Counted from the first letter of the stretch, positions 1-11,691 are shown. The stretch: DNA of 64,000 bases from Dudresnaya verticillata (GCA_977862235.1 OZ374559.1:1860001-1924000), one strand, 5' to 3'. Notes: generated from the sequence alone by a model not told the origin. A program made the numbers and translations.

Positions 1-860
1 TGACAAGGTTAATTGGGCAGGGTGGCTATGGAGCAGTATATGAGGCTGTGGACACATTGAAGGAGTTCCAGAACACAGCATTAAAAATCCAACTCATCCA
101 GGAACCCGAACGCTTTGAACTACAAAGTGAGTACAACGTATATCGACAATTGTCCGATCGCCATGGTCAGGAACCCGAAGATCGATTTACGCCGCGAGCT
201 TGGGGATACAAAAGGGTCGCAGGGAAGTATGAGGTACTTGGTATGGATCTTCTCGGTCCTTCAGTCCACGACCACTGGCAACGCTTCTATTGCACCTTTA
301 CCCTCACCGGTATTTTGACCTTTGGAATCAGAGCGCTGACCTGTCTCGAGAGGTTCCACGACAACGGTTACGTACATCGGGACGTGAAAGCAGGAAACTT
401 TTTGACAGACCTGCATGGCCAAGGTAAGCTGTACTTGGCTGACTTCGGGATGTCTGTGGAATATGAAAGCTGGGAGAACCCACCGCAACAAGATGAACGA
501 GAAGTGTTTGGAACGCTTCTCTATGCTTCAAAGACAGCACACCAGCGCAAGCCCCAGTCTCGGGCAAGTGATCTTGAGTCACTTGGGTACGTTCTCTTTG
601 AGATGATTAAAGGTGAACTTCCTTGGAGCCATGTTGCTCGCAACTGCCAGGGTGGGCGCTGGGAAGCTTGCCTTACCTTTAAGAAGATAGGAATCAATTG
701 CCATGAATCTCCGTGGCTCGTCAAATACTTCGACTGCATCGAGAAGCTGACATTTTCACAGCGTCCTGACTATGACGGACTGCGAGAGATTCTTAACAAG
801 TGTTTGGGACACAGGAAAGGAGAGGTTGATTGGGTGCGATATGCCGAGGACCATGTGTGA
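1..860 (+). CDS. Casein kinase 1-like (CK1/TTBK/VRK group) Ser/Thr kinase, 5' truncated by window edge
   Basis: Frame is open from base 3: LIGQGGYGAVY (Gly loop), ALKIQ, HRDVKAGNFL, DFGMS, GTLLYAS, SRASDLESLGYVL, LPW, PDY. No APE motif, as in the CK1 group. Confidence 0.9.
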   Translation, partial: TRLIGQGGYGAVYEAVDTLKEFQNTALKIQLIQEPERFELQSEYNVYRQLSDRHGQEPEDRFTPRAWGYKRVAGKYEVLGMDLLGPSVHDHWQRFYCTFTLTGILTFGIRALTCLERFHDNGYVHRDVKAGNFLTDLHGQGKLYLADFGMSVEYESWENPPQQDEREVFGTLLYASKTAHQRKPQSRASDLESLGYVLFEMIKGELPWSHVARNCQGGRWEACLTFKKIGINCHESPWLVKYFDCIEKLTFSQRPDYDGLREILNKCLGHRKGEVDWVRYAEDHV

Positions 861-1019
861 ATATTGTATCTACAATATCGAAAGGAATTGCTTGCTTTCA
901 GGATCAGACATGCCTGAGACTTTATTACCTCTCAGATGACCTGGAAGGCACATGAGATATGCGGAGTTAATGTAGGATTCAACTCTGGTGTGGCTTGTTG
1001 TATATATTGTAAAACTTGA

Positions 1020-1430
1020 ATAACTTGGCTTGAAGAGCTGTTCACTCATGGCAGAACCGCTACTATTTGTTTTCTGTTTACGTTCAAGCACTGCCGTTCA
1101 AGCTATTTGATTTACTGTTTATCGTTCAAGCAGTTGAGCAGTTACGTACTAGATATGTTGTTACGATTATTCGAGCGGTTCATGGCTACGGTCTGATAGA
1201 ACTAGCTGTTTGTTAAGTTTATGTTACGTCTAGGCAGTACTGCAATCTTATTCACGCTACAGCCCATGTTGTGGTGCAGACCGTGGTCTATGTATACTGA
1301 CCTTCTTGTGGTCTGCAGTAGTTCTAGATATCAAACCACAACAACAATTACCAACTTATCAGTACCCATTGATCCTGTTCTGCATCACTTTCCCTTTCGT
1401 CAGCATTCCCTACCTCAGCGTGCCCCTTTT
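1020..1430 (+). repeat. About 400-bp dispersed repeat (CK1 3' flank) with internal CGTTCAAGC motifs
   Basis: Related copies at about 23245-23490 (-), 26035-26447 (-), 41073-41410 (partial), 47030-47440, 49960-50375, 55993-56403 and 58923-59338. Confidence 0.8.
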
Positions 1431-1586
1431 CCTTTATCAAAAACTGTGTATGTTCTGCGCGTGATGAAGATTGAAACGGAGTCTGGGCAATATGGGGGAG
1501 TTCTCTGTGCACTAGTAGGATGGCTCATCCCGTTAATACAAAAGGAGCACCCATCCTGGATGGGTGCTTCATTCGTATTAAATAAA

Positions 1587-2417
1587 TGAGATGGAGACCT
1601 TTATGCATAGGACAGACTACAGCCCCGTAAGGGGGCTTATCTAAAACTCATCTGAAAGGCGACGGTCGAAGAGTAAACGGCAGTTAACAGCCACCGCGAC
1701 AGATTGAAGTACAAGAGAGGTGAGGTGGGTGAGAAGAGATAGTTTCTCAGATATCGGAGAAGTACCCTTCATAGTAGCTAGGAAATTCGCCACGCGCTGA
1801 GCGCCTCGATTGAACCCAGAACCAATGGCACCATAGATGTCTATCACCATAGGATGGAGATCCATCCGGTTGGTAGAACATAAGCGACGATAATGACGGG
1901 CTTTCGCTTGCTCGCGGCGGTGAATAGCTTGATGTTGAGAGCGAGGCGTGTTGGACAGTTTAGTTGGATATGGTGTGGGGTCACCACGGAGACGTCAAAC
2001 GCTTGCGGGAGGGGGGCAAGCGCAGGGTCATCAACATAGAGATCCATACGAAGATGGTCACGTCGGTCTTCTTCGAAACGGTCTTCAGTATGTTGTAATT
2101 GACGGGCATCACGACGACTTTGTGAAGCAGTGCGTGCAAAAGACGCCACAACTCGGGAATCCACAGTCTCCCCTAGGTAAGAAAAGTTACGTTCAAGCTG
2201 AACAGTAACGCCATGGTTCCGAGCAGTATTACGAAAGAAAGCCCCAAGTTGATTTCGGTGGGTATCATGGCGGCGAGTGCTGCCAGTTCCCGATCGACAG
2301 ATTGTGGCATGGTGTCCAAAGATATCAAGGAGGGGAACTTCAGCGGATGTGCCATGGAGACAAGCAGGACAAGGGCGACCACCACGGAAGATCGTCACAC
2401 ATATATATATACACACA
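1587..2417 (-). mobile_element. 5'-truncated non-LTR retrotransposon (CRE/R2-like, RLE-type) 3' fragment with TSD
   Basis: Encodes CPAC..GHHATIC (CCHC), RRHD, RMDL..FDVSVVTP and, in a second frame, HPMVIDIYGAIG. Flanked by TATTAAATAAA (1576-1586) and TATAAAATAAA (2418-2428). Empty site at 41557-41567. Confidence 0.8.
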
Positions 2418-3132
2418 TATAAAATAAAAGCAACATTGTGTTGACATGACCGAGAGCTCCCAGAGAAAGATCAGCAAACCTATTGATTCAGGCGCCGTAC
2501 TGCATATGCAGTCCTGTTATCTGATTGCGCTGAACAGAACTTCAAGCGAAGATAGGACAGCCGAACATTATCAAATTGTCAAACTGTGCTCGAATGTTAA
2601 CCAGTTCACATGTTGGCGGTTTGACAGTAGTTCTGCTGTTCTCCGATGCGGTCATAATGCATATCAAGAGCTGGGTTTGAAGAAGAAACCATGTGTTTCC
2701 AATTGCATCTAACAGACTCCTGACACAAGCACCATTGACATAAACTTTTCATGGGCTCGCCTGCTTCTTGATACACAGAAGGCACCCGCACTGAGTCTCA
2801 CCGCTGGTTTCTCTTTCCTTCTCAAGAAAGTTCCCCTCATTTATCTGCCGCTCCGCCTTTTTCCCTCCCACCCGCCCATTAGGTTAGATTGGGTTAGAGT
2901 CGGATCTATCCGGGGATTGAGTAGTTTGCGCTGTTACTCCATACCTGAAGTGCTACAAGTGAGACAGCAGGGAAGTCCGTTCATTAAGCTGCTGAACGAG
3001 TGATTCACAGCTACTAACGGCATGTACGCCTTGGGGTTGTGAACAATGTGACAATACGGCGATATTGGTTTTTGATATTAGGATTGTAGATACCTACTGA
3101 AGGTAGGATCTCAAGTAAGGAGCCTCACTGCA

Positions 3133-3570
3133 CTACAGCAAACAGAGCCACAAGGAAGCGGCAATAGCGTAGATATAGATCAGCTTCCAAGCACCGGAGC
3201 AATAGCCCAGCAGATGATGTGCCATTTGTGGGTCATCTAGAGTTGGAAGCGCTTCTAATAGACGAGTGCGCTTGTCCCGTCTCGAGGAAAACTGGGCTTG
3301 ACAACCGGCAGAGTGGCCGATAGCAGAGCCTAAAGCAGCTAGAGCGTCACGTGGAGATATAGTAACAGCGCAATCGCTAGTAGTCGCAGGGATTCGAGAG
3401 GGACGGCGCCACAATAAGCAGTGGTTTTGGAGAGAGTGAGGTCTTGGATCCCTGCGTGGCGAGGAAAGAAATTACTGGCCCGAGTGTGCTGCGAGGCAGG
3501 AGGAGAGTCCCATCATCGGCGAAAAAGACTTACAAAGGAAAGGAGATGCGGGTGCAGCGGAGACGAAAGA
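3133..3570 (-). mobile_element. Degenerate non-LTR reverse transcriptase fragment
   Basis: Minus strand reads VFFADDGTLLL (YADD-type RT motif, about 3500-3530) and later LPTLDDPQMAHHLLGYC..KLIY, as in CRE-like RTs. Frameshifted. Confidence 0.65.
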
Positions 3571-3688
3571 GTGGCCGATGCGCAATTGTAGACTACTCTC
3601 ATGCGCAATCGCCACAAAAAGAGACGCGTCTCCTCCTCCGAGAAGCTCACCCGCTGTTTACACTCACGAACAAACACAAACTGTTACA

Positions 3689-6049
3689 TTACGCAGTGCT
3701 ACACTCCCTCACGCGGTTGGAATACGTCGAACCACGCCAGCAAGCAGATCCCTCACACGGGAACATCACGACTGCAAACATCGTCACGCGCGTGCTACGC
3801 CCACCAATCTTCACGACATACGTTCCGCCCTGCATGAGCTGGTCCCACGTGGTAAACCGGTGCGGCAGGAAGTCCACCGAGAAAGCAATGACGGCGCGCC
3901 CGTTAGCGTTGTGGTACGCCTTGGTCCACCCCCCGGCTCTGCGAATCGGCGACCCGCTGCGGAACAGTGCAAACCCTCCGCTGGGGAACTCCACCCACAC
4001 ATCGTTGTAGTCCACCCCGCCCGACGTCTCCATGTCCAGCGTGAAAGCATAGCGCCCGCTCGCCGGGGCTCTGAACGAGTATTCCAACACGGCGGCCCCG
4101 GGGCGGTCGATCCCCGTCCGGAAGTCGTTCGGCTTGTACGCTACGCCGCCGCCGGAAGCAAGTTCCCACGCGCCCGTCTTTGATATGAACGACGTTGCAG
4201 CAATGCGCACGCAATCATCGATGTCCTTCTTTGATGCGGTCGCCGTTGGCGACGGCGTCGCGACGGGCAAGACGGAAGTGGTGGAAGCGGAAGCGGAAGG
4301 CGTAGAAGAAGCAGAGGGTGTCTTCGCCACGGGCGACGGCGACATCGTCGCCATGCTCGACGGGCTCGAGCTGGTTGAAGCAGCTCCAATTGACTGCGAC
4401 GGCGAGGCAGATGGCGTCATCGCCATGGGCGAAGGGGACGTCGTCGCCATGCTCGATGGACTCGTGCTGGTTGAGGCAGCGCCAATTGACTGCGACGGCG
4501 AGACAGACGGTGTTGCCTTAGCGGGCGAGGGTGATGTCGTCGCCATGCTCGATGGGCTCGGGCTGGATGCAGTAGCGCCAATTGACTGCGACGGCGAGAC
4601 AGACGGTGTCGCCTTAGCGGGCGAGGGTGATGTCGTCGCCATGCTCGATGGGCTCGGGCTGGATGCAGTAGCGCCAATTGACTGCGACGGCGAGACAGAC
4701 GGTGTCGCCTTAGCGGGCGAGGGTGATGTCGTCGTCATGCTCGATGGGCTCGGGCTGGATGCAGTAGCGCCAATTGACTGCGACGGCGAGACAGACGGTG
4801 TTGCCTTAGCGGGCGAGGGTGATGTCGTCGCCATGCTCGATGGGCTCGGGCTGGATGCAGTAGCGCCAATTGACTGCGACGGCGAGACAGACGGTGTTGC
4901 CTTAGCGGGCGAGGGTGATGTCGTCGTCATGCTCGATGGGCTCGGGCTGGATGCAGCAGCGCCAATTGACTGCGACGGCGAGACAGACGGTGTTGCCTTA
5001 GCGGGCGAGGGTGATGTCGTCGTCATGCTCGATGGGCTCGGGCTGGATGCAGCAGCGCCAATTGACTGCGACGGCGAGACAGACGGTGTTGCCTTAGCGG
5101 GCGAGGGTGATGTCGTCGTCATGCTCGATGGGCTCGGGCTGGATGCAGCAGCGCCAATTGACTGCGACGGCGAGACAGACGGTGTCGTCGCAGCGGGCGA
5201 CGGCGACATCATCGCCATGGTCGACGGGCCTGCACTAAGAGAAGCAGCCGCCTTCGTCGGCGACGACGATGGCGTCGGGCTGCTGTCGCACGAAAACTTG
5301 ATCGTCGCCTGGACACGCGCGCCGTTGCTCAGCACACAGCGCACCTTCTTGGTACCGGACGTCAAACCTGTCCATGGTTTCGCGATGTCGCCGTTGTCGC
5401 CGTTGAGCATGTACGGCGCAACATTCTCCTGCCGTGCAAAGCGCCCATTGATAAACAGCCTGGCCCACCTTGCCGGCCTGGACCCCATGCACATCACTGA
5501 GAGCGCAGGCAACTTCTTCAGGCAGATGGTTGTCGTCTTCCGCGCCGGCAGCGGAGCCAGATTGCCCCAGGCGGACGGCCCGCCCGCCACCCCAGCACGG
5601 ACCACTTGCAGCTTGGCGGTACGCGCGACCGGCGCTGTCGATCTGCCGCAAACAAACTTGATCTTCGCTTGAACACGCTCGCCGTTGCTCAACACACAGC
5701 GCACTTTCTTGGTACCGGACGTCAAACCTGTCCACGGTTTCGCGACGTCCCCGTTGTCCCCGTTGAGCATGTACGGCGCAACATTCTCCTGCCGCGCAAA
5801 CCGGCCGTTGATGAACAGCCTGGCCCACCTTGTCTGTCTGGACCCCATGCACATCACTGAGAACGCAGGCAACTTCTTCAGGCAGATTCTCGTCGTCTTC
5901 CTCGCCGGCAGCGGAGCCAGATTGCCCCAGGCGGATGGCCCACCCGCCACGCTGGCTCGCACTAGCAGTAGCTTGGCGGCATACGGAACAGACGCTGTCG
6001 CGCTGTAAAGCGCTATGGTTAGGAGAAGGAAAGCTTGGCGATGCTTCAT
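3689..6049 (-). CDS. Secreted modular protein (paralog 1): signal peptide, 2x N-domain, S/T/P-rich repeat linker, C-terminal putative carbohydrate-binding-like domain
   Basis: 786-aa ORF with hydrophobic N-terminus MKHRQAFLLLTIALYSATA. N-domain duplicated at a 360-bp offset. C-domain shared with three paralogs. TATA box upstream. Confidence 0.88.
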   Translation of the reverse strand: MKHRQAFLLLTIALYSATASVPYAAKLLLVRASVAGGPSAWGNLAPLPARKTTRICLKKLPAFSVMCMGSRQTRWARLFINGRFARQENVAPYMLNGDNGDVAKPWTGLTSGTKKVRCVLSNGERVQAKIKFVCGRSTAPVARTAKLQVVRAGVAGGPSAWGNLAPLPARKTTTICLKKLPALSVMCMGSRPARWARLFINGRFARQENVAPYMLNGDNGDIAKPWTGLTSGTKKVRCVLSNGARVQATIKFSCDSSPTPSSSPTKAAASLSAGPSTMAMMSPSPAATTPSVSPSQSIGAAASSPSPSSMTTTSPSPAKATPSVSPSQSIGAAASSPSPSSMTTTSPSPAKATPSVSPSQSIGAAASSPSPSSMTTTSPSPAKATPSVSPSQSIGATASSPSPSSMATTSPSPAKATPSVSPSQSIGATASSPSPSSMTTTSPSPAKATPSVSPSQSIGATASSPSPSSMATTSPSPAKATPSVSPSQSIGATASSPSPSSMATTSPSPAKATPSVSPSQSIGAASTSTSPSSMATTSPSPMAMTPSASPSQSIGAASTSSSPSSMATMSPSPVAKTPSASSTPSASASTTSVLPVATPSPTATASKKDIDDCVRIAATSFISKTGAWELASGGGVAYKPNDFRTGIDRPGAAVLEYSFRAPASGRYAFTLDMETSGGVDYNDVWVEFPSGGFALFRSGSPIRRAGGWTKAYHNANGRAVIAFSVDFLPHRFTTWDQLMQGGTYVVKIGGRSTRVTMFAVVMFPCEGSACWRGSTYSNRVRECSTA
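4330..5220 (-). repeat. Coding minisatellite, 96-bp unit x about 9 (ATPSVSPSQSIGAAASSPSPSSMTTTSPSPAK)
   Basis: CCAATTGACTGCGACGGCGAG recurs at 4386, 4482, 4578, 4674, 4770, 4866, 4962, 5058 and 5154. Confidence 0.95.
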
Positions 6050-6160
6050 TCTTGGTTGCTTGGGTGGGCGAGAAAAGTCGATGGGCGTGTGTGTGTGTGT
6101 GTGTGGTTTGAAGAGACTGGGGTCGGATCAGCACGGGCTCGACGCGGGGTCCAGTTTGGT

Positions 6161-6167
6161 ATTTATA
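6161..6167 (-). promoter_or_regulatory. TATA box of paralog 1
   Basis: TATAAAT 112 bp upstream of the ATG, conserved at the equivalent position (9161-9167) upstream of paralog 2. Confidence 0.65.
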
Positions 6168-7099
6168 GTCGTCGAGCCCGTCGGCGAGTGCTCGCCCCGG
6201 CCCGCGGACGATGCCGGCCGCGATCAAGCACTCGTCGACCGGCTCGCACACTCGTTTGCGGGCAGGCCCAGCCGACGACGTCATTTGCGCCAAAAAGGGG
6301 GATCACATCCCAATTCCGAATGGCTTGGCCAACATCGTGTGTCAATGACGATACAAAACACGCCCAACTGCCCATCGAGCAAGCAAGAAAACCCAAGGTG
6401 GCATCACCAGAACAAACATGCACTGTGCGCGTACTGTGTATGCTCAGCCGTCAGCGATTACAACAGCAGCATGGGAAGTCGCAAAGCGCGGGGAAACGTC
6501 CGAATTGGTTTTTAGCTCTCGCGATAGTGTAACTTGCTGGTGAAGACATTGCTCTGCACACTTGATACGACTGGGTCATGAGAAGATCTGCACAGCTCAT
6601 GGCTCTCCGCTCAGCCCAAGTGGAGGCACGCCGTGCGCAGAAGTGTCAGTGCTTCGGCAATCTGATTGTGCTGGTGAGAGAGGCTCAGCTCAAACTTTTG
6701 GAAAGATGGACTTGCAGACTCTCGTGTTTTTCAAAGCGTATGTATCCGTCGGTACGACCCGGAAACCAAAACGTCAGTTTGTGCGCTTGCCGCTACCGCA
6801 ATAACGGTCCAACTCGGAAGCCGCCATGGCAGGCATCGCGGTTCTCGACGCGACGCGGCAGGTGGTGAGAGAGGTAGAGTCTTGTTGAGCAGTTCGCTTC
6901 GAGCAGTCACCGCGCACTGGGGCCGCGAGATGGCGAGGGTTGCGGAGCGGGGCGCAAGCGTGGTTGGCACGCTGTGTGTGGGAGGAGCACTTTCGTACCC
7001 TCAACGCCGACTCAGCAGGTCTTGAGCTAAGCTCATTAGATCCGGATCTACGACCGGCAATCCGGATTTCGCTCTCCGCTTCGGATACGCCCAATGCGC

Positions 7100-7700
7100 C
7101 CGCGCCAGCAATGCATCCCGCGCCTCCGCCACAAAAAGAGAGAGTGAGACGGCTTTATTTGAAGAGCTCTATTTCTCTATTAACTTCTCTTACTACGTTC
7201 GTTCTTCAATGTGTTGCAGTTGGCGTGAATCGCCGCAACCATCCCCTCCTCCTTCTATGTGTCGTGGTACAATAGTTAGACCCTTTCCCATGTTTGCTCT
7301 TTTAGCTTCAATTGTATAGCTGTGCCTGCTATTTAAAGAGAGCCTCAACCCATATGGGCGTGTTAGACATACCCAGAACTTGCAGTAGTATCCAGTACCT
7401 TGCACTGATTGACTGCAACTGCAACGGTTTGCATGGAAAAAGTCAAGTAAGGCCGGTGAGAAGGATCAATCTCTCTGCCGTAGGACGTTGAGAAACTGGT
7501 ACTAACAGATGCGCTCAAGTTCCCGATCAAACCCAGGGCCGATCGCTCCATATATACAGCGGTAGTCGCGCATGACCTTGGCTTTCTCGCCAGATAAAAT
7601 TGCAGAATGGCATATAGTAGAGGACTGATGACAACTTGTGTGCGAGCTGACAACGGAATGTAGAAACAATTAACGTTTGAGGAGTAAATCAAAAGCTACG
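7100..7700. mobile_element. Two convergent 3'-end remnants of CRE-like non-LTR elements
   Basis: The + strand reads SLLTSLTTFVLQCVAVGVNRR and the - strand reads YLTFSMQTVAVAVNQ. Both resemble SLLTHLTSLVLQSVAVAVNCR at the end of the 1587-2417 element. Confidence 0.5.
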
Positions 7701-7760
7701 ATCATTAACGAAGAGGCCGATGCTCATTTATGCGCAATCGCCACAAAAAGAGACGCGTCT

Positions 7761-7926
7761 CCTCCTCCGAGATGCTCACCCGCTGTATACACTCACGAAC
7801 AAACACAAACTGTTACTGTACGCAGTGCTACACTCCCCCGAGAAACTTCTTCCTCCGAGAAGCTTACCCGCTGTTTACTCTCACGAACAAACACAAACTG
7901 TTACATTACGCAGTGCTACACTCCCT
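7761..7926. repeat. About 90-bp tandem duplication of the 3' end/3' flank of paralog 2
   Basis: CCTCCGAGA..CTCACGAACAAACACAAACTGTTAC..GCAGTGCTACACTCCC occurs twice here (7761-7836, 7851-7926) but once at paralog 1. Confidence 0.8.
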
Positions 7927-9048
7927 CACGCGGCTGGAATACGCCGAACCGCGCCAGCAAGCACTTCCCTCACAAGGGAACATCACGATTGCAAACATCG
8001 TCACGCGCGTGCTACGCCCGCCAATCTTCACGACATACGTCCTGCCCTGCACGAGGTCGTTCCAAGTGGTAAACCGGTGCGGCTTGAAGTCCACCGAGAA
8101 AGCAATGACGGCGCGCCCCTTAGCGCCGTGGTACGCCTTGGTCCACCCCCTGGCCCTCCGGACCGGTGAACCCCCGCGGAACAGTGCAAATCCGCCGCTG
8201 GGGAACTCCACCCACACGTCGTTGTAGTCCACCCCGCCCGACGTCTCCATGTCCAGCGTGAAAGCATAGCGCCCGCTCGCCGGGGCTCTGAACGAGTATT
8301 CCAACACGGCGGCCCCGGGGCGGTCGATCCCCGTCCGGAAGTCGTTCGGCTTGTACGCTACGCCGCCGCCGGAAGCAAGTTCCCACGCGCCCGTCTTTGA
8401 TGTGAACGACGTGGCAGCAATGCGCACGCAATCATCGGTGTCCTGCTTTGATGGGGTCGCAGTTGGCGATGGGGTCCCCATGGGCAAAACGGAAGTGGAA
8501 GCGGAAGCGGAAGCGGAAGCGGAAGCGGAAGGCGTAGACGAAGCAGAGGGCGTTACCGCCACCGGTGGCGGCGACATCGTTGCCGTGGCGGACGGGCTCG
8601 AACTGGGAGAAGCAGGCGCCATCGTCGGCGCCGGCGACGGGGTGGTGCACATGAAGTTGATGGTGGCCTCGACATTCTCGCGGTTGCTCAGCACACAGCG
8701 CACCTTCTTAGTACCGGGGGTCAAGCCGGTCCATGGTTTCGCGACGTCGCCGTTGTCGCCCTTGAGCATGTACGGCACCACGCGCTCGCGGCGTGAAAAG
8801 CGGCCGTTGACGAAGAGCTTGGCCCACATGGCCGGCTTGTCCGGCATGCACATCAGGGAGAACGGAGGCAGATCGTCCAGGCAGATGGTGGTGGTCGTGC
8901 CGGCCGGCAGCGGAGCCAAATTGCCCCAGGCGGACGGGCCGCCCGCCACGCCGGCTCGGACTAGAAGTAGCTTGGCGGCATACGCCACGGACGCTGTTGC
9001 GCTGTATAGCGCGATGACTAGGAGCAGGAAAGCCTGGTGATGCTTCAT
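7906..9048 (-). CDS. Secreted modular protein (paralog 2): signal peptide, N-domain, short S/T/P linker, C-domain
   Basis: 380-aa ORF. C-domain nearly identical to paralog 1, and the 5' and 3' flanks are also homologous. Confidence 0.88.
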   Translation of the reverse strand: MKHHQAFLLLVIALYSATASVAYAAKLLLVRAGVAGGPSAWGNLAPLPAGTTTTICLDDLPPFSLMCMPDKPAMWAKLFVNGRFSRRERVVPYMLKGDNGDVAKPWTGLTPGTKKVRCVLSNRENVEATINFMCTTPSPAPTMAPASPSSSPSATATMSPPPVAVTPSASSTPSASASASASASTSVLPMGTPSPTATPSKQDTDDCVRIAATSFTSKTGAWELASGGGVAYKPNDFRTGIDRPGAAVLEYSFRAPASGRYAFTLDMETSGGVDYNDVWVEFPSGGFALFRGGSPVRRARGWTKAYHGAKGRAVIAFSVDFKPHRFTTWNDLVQGRTYVVKIGGRSTRVTMFAIVMFPCEGSACWRGSAYSSRVRECSTA

Positions 9049-9160
9049 TCTTGGATGTTAGTTTGGAAGAGAAAAGTCGTTGGGTGTGTGTGGTTGTGTG
9101 TGTGTGTTGGAGAGGGTGGGATCGGAAGGGGTACGGTCACGACGCGGGGTCCAGCACGGC

Positions 9161-9167
9161 ATTTATA
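9161..9167 (-). promoter_or_regulatory. TATA box of paralog 2
   Basis: TATAAAT in the same context as 6161-6167. Confidence 0.65.
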
Positions 9168-10636
9168 GTCGAGGAGGCCGTCGGTGAGCGATCGGCGGCG
9201 ACCGGCAAAGACTCATCATACTCTGCTGCGTTCCCGGGCGACTGCGTGATGTGTGCCGAAAAAGCGGGATGACTGCACAAAACACAAGGAGGCATGACGA
9301 AAGCAACGTGCACAGTGCGCTGACTGTGAGTGTGTGCTCCGGCGTCAACAATTACATTGGGACCGGTGCCAGTCGCGAAGCGTGGCGAAGCGTCCTAGCG
9401 GGTTTTGGAGCTCTCGCGATGCTGCGAGTTGGTGACGAGGACACTGCTCTGCGGCGCACTTGCCGCGTGTGCCTGAGTCGTGTCACCGCCAAGACAGTTT
9501 GCACCTCGCCGTCACAACTCACGTGGAGGCGTGCCAATTGGAACAGTGCCGGACCGGCTTCGCCACGCCGGACGGCAGGCCGTCACGTCTAGCTGTCATG
9601 AGTGAACGCACGCACGCACGCGCACACCGCAGTGCGAAGGCGCGTTGTAGCCTTTTGTCGCGAGAGCAAGCAAGCAGGAGCGGGAACAGGAATATAAAAC
9701 GGCGCGACGCGGGCGCGTCCGAGAGCAACACGAATATAAACAGCAGAGTGACGCGAGGCACTGCGACTGCGACAGCGACGCACGCAGTGCCGCCACAACG
9801 CGACGGCGACTAGCGGCGCGCGCTCACGCGCAGCGACACGGCGCCGCAGTCGCCGCAGCACCCGGATCTGCGACGTTTCGCGGCCACTCGCGCCTCTCTC
9901 GCCTTTCACGCGCCGGCGCTGATGCAATCGCGCGCAGCGCCAGCCGCACTTCCACGCGCGGGCGGCGTGACCGGCGCGCGGTTTCAGCGCGCGCGGCACG
10001 GCCGTTGTTGCCACGTCGGCGGTGGTGAGCGACGGAGCGCGCTCACCGGGCGGCACGGATCGCGCGGCGGCGCGCGGCGGAGGCGCGGGCGCTCACCGGG
10101 CGAGCCGGCGGCGGACTCTCGCGGGCTTTCCCGCGCGCGCGCGTCATGGTTGCGCGCGCGGGGCGGCGGCGGCGGCTTGTTGCAGGGTGGTTGTTCCGGG
10201 TGCAGGCGGACGGGCGCGGGCATGGGCGAGCGTGAAAGACCGGCGGGCGGAAGTGGCGTCGCTCCGAGAGGGAAGGCGGTGTTGTTGTCGGCGGTTGTAT
10301 CGGAGAGGCGTGGCGGCGGGTGGCGGCGGGTGGCGGGCGGTGGGCGGCGGCGGCGGTGTCACGTGGTGCCACGCGTGGCGCGGTGGTTTATGGCTAAAAA
10401 GAACGGCCGCAGCGGAGAGAGAGGCGTGGAGGCGCAGAGCCATATTTTCTGCTGACGGATCTGTTTGTGTTTGTTTGCTCGTTGTCGTCGTTGCGCGTGG
10501 GAGTGACCGGAACAACCGTTTAGCAACTTTTTTACACACAGACTCGGCGGTCGTAGAGCGGGGAGGGAGGGAGGGAGGGGGGAGGGGGGGAGGAGGAAGG
10601 GAAGGTGTCAAGTATGTACATGGGGGGGGCCGTGTG

Positions 10637-11532
10637 CTATCCCCTTTGATGAATATACATCCGTAGCAGGTCCATGAGCGCGTCCGCACTGACAAAGTCG
10701 CGACCGACAACGCGACGCAGGTCATGCGGCACGGCGATGCAAACAGGCGGCGCGCGCTGCTGCTCGAGCTGCAGCGTCAGCACCTCGATAACGTTCTTGG
10801 CCTCGGCGAGCTCGCGCTGCAGCGTCTCAAACGTGTCCGTCTTGCGCTGTCGGCTGCGCGCGGCGGAGATGCGGTTCTTCATGCGGCGCAGCTCGCGCTT
10901 GTCGCGCAGCTCCGACTCGGACTTGACGCCGACCGCGGACGCCACGCCGCCGCCGCCGCCGCCGCGCGGCGCGTGGTGGTGGTGGTGGTGGAGGTGGTGG
11001 TGCGCGGCGGCGGCGCCGCCGCCGCCGCGCGACCCCGCCGACGCCGGCGTGGTCAGCGGCGCCGCGCGGAACGGCGACCCCGCGTGGTGCGGCAGCGCCA
11101 GCGCCAGCGCCAGCGGCGGCGGTCCGCCCGCGCCCGCGCCCGCGCCCAGCGGCGACGGGCCGGCGCCGGGCGCGCCGCCGCCGAGGTGGTGGTGGTGGCC
11201 GTGGTGGTGGCCGTGGTGGTGGCCGTGGTGGTGGCCGTGCAGCCCCGCCATGGCGCCGCCGCCCGCGGCGCCAGGCTGCGGCGCGCACGGCACGACCGGG
11301 CGCAGCGCCGGGCCCGACGACGACAGCAGCCGCGTGGCCAGCGGCGTGTCCGGCGACGGCGTCAGGTCGGAGAAGGCCGCGGACGGCAGGCGCGCCGGTG
11401 TGGGCGGCGCGTGCGCGGCGCCCGCGCCCGCGCCCGGCGCGGACGGCAGCGCAAACGGGAAGGCGGCGTCGGCCGAGCGCGCGCGCGGCGCGGTGTGGTG
11501 CGACAGCGGCGGCGCGTGCGGCGCGGCGTGCG

Positions 11533-11586
<54 letters not shown>

Positions 11587-11691
11587 GCTGCGGCAGGCGC
11601 GCGGCGTGGTGCGGCGGCGTGCGCGGACGGCGCGGCGCGTGGTGCGGCGGCGCGTGGTCGGACAGCGACAGGCTGGAGAGCGTGTCTGCGC

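Noticed and set aside
1221..1589. Short ORFs starting MLRL.. in each copy of the 400-bp repeat
   Set aside because: Frames differ between copies; non-coding repeat.
4134..5672. 512-aa + strand ORF with D/G/V/A repeats (also 8351-9040)
   Set aside because: Antisense shadow of the S/T/P repeat gene; the minus strand has the signal peptide, TATA box and paralogs.
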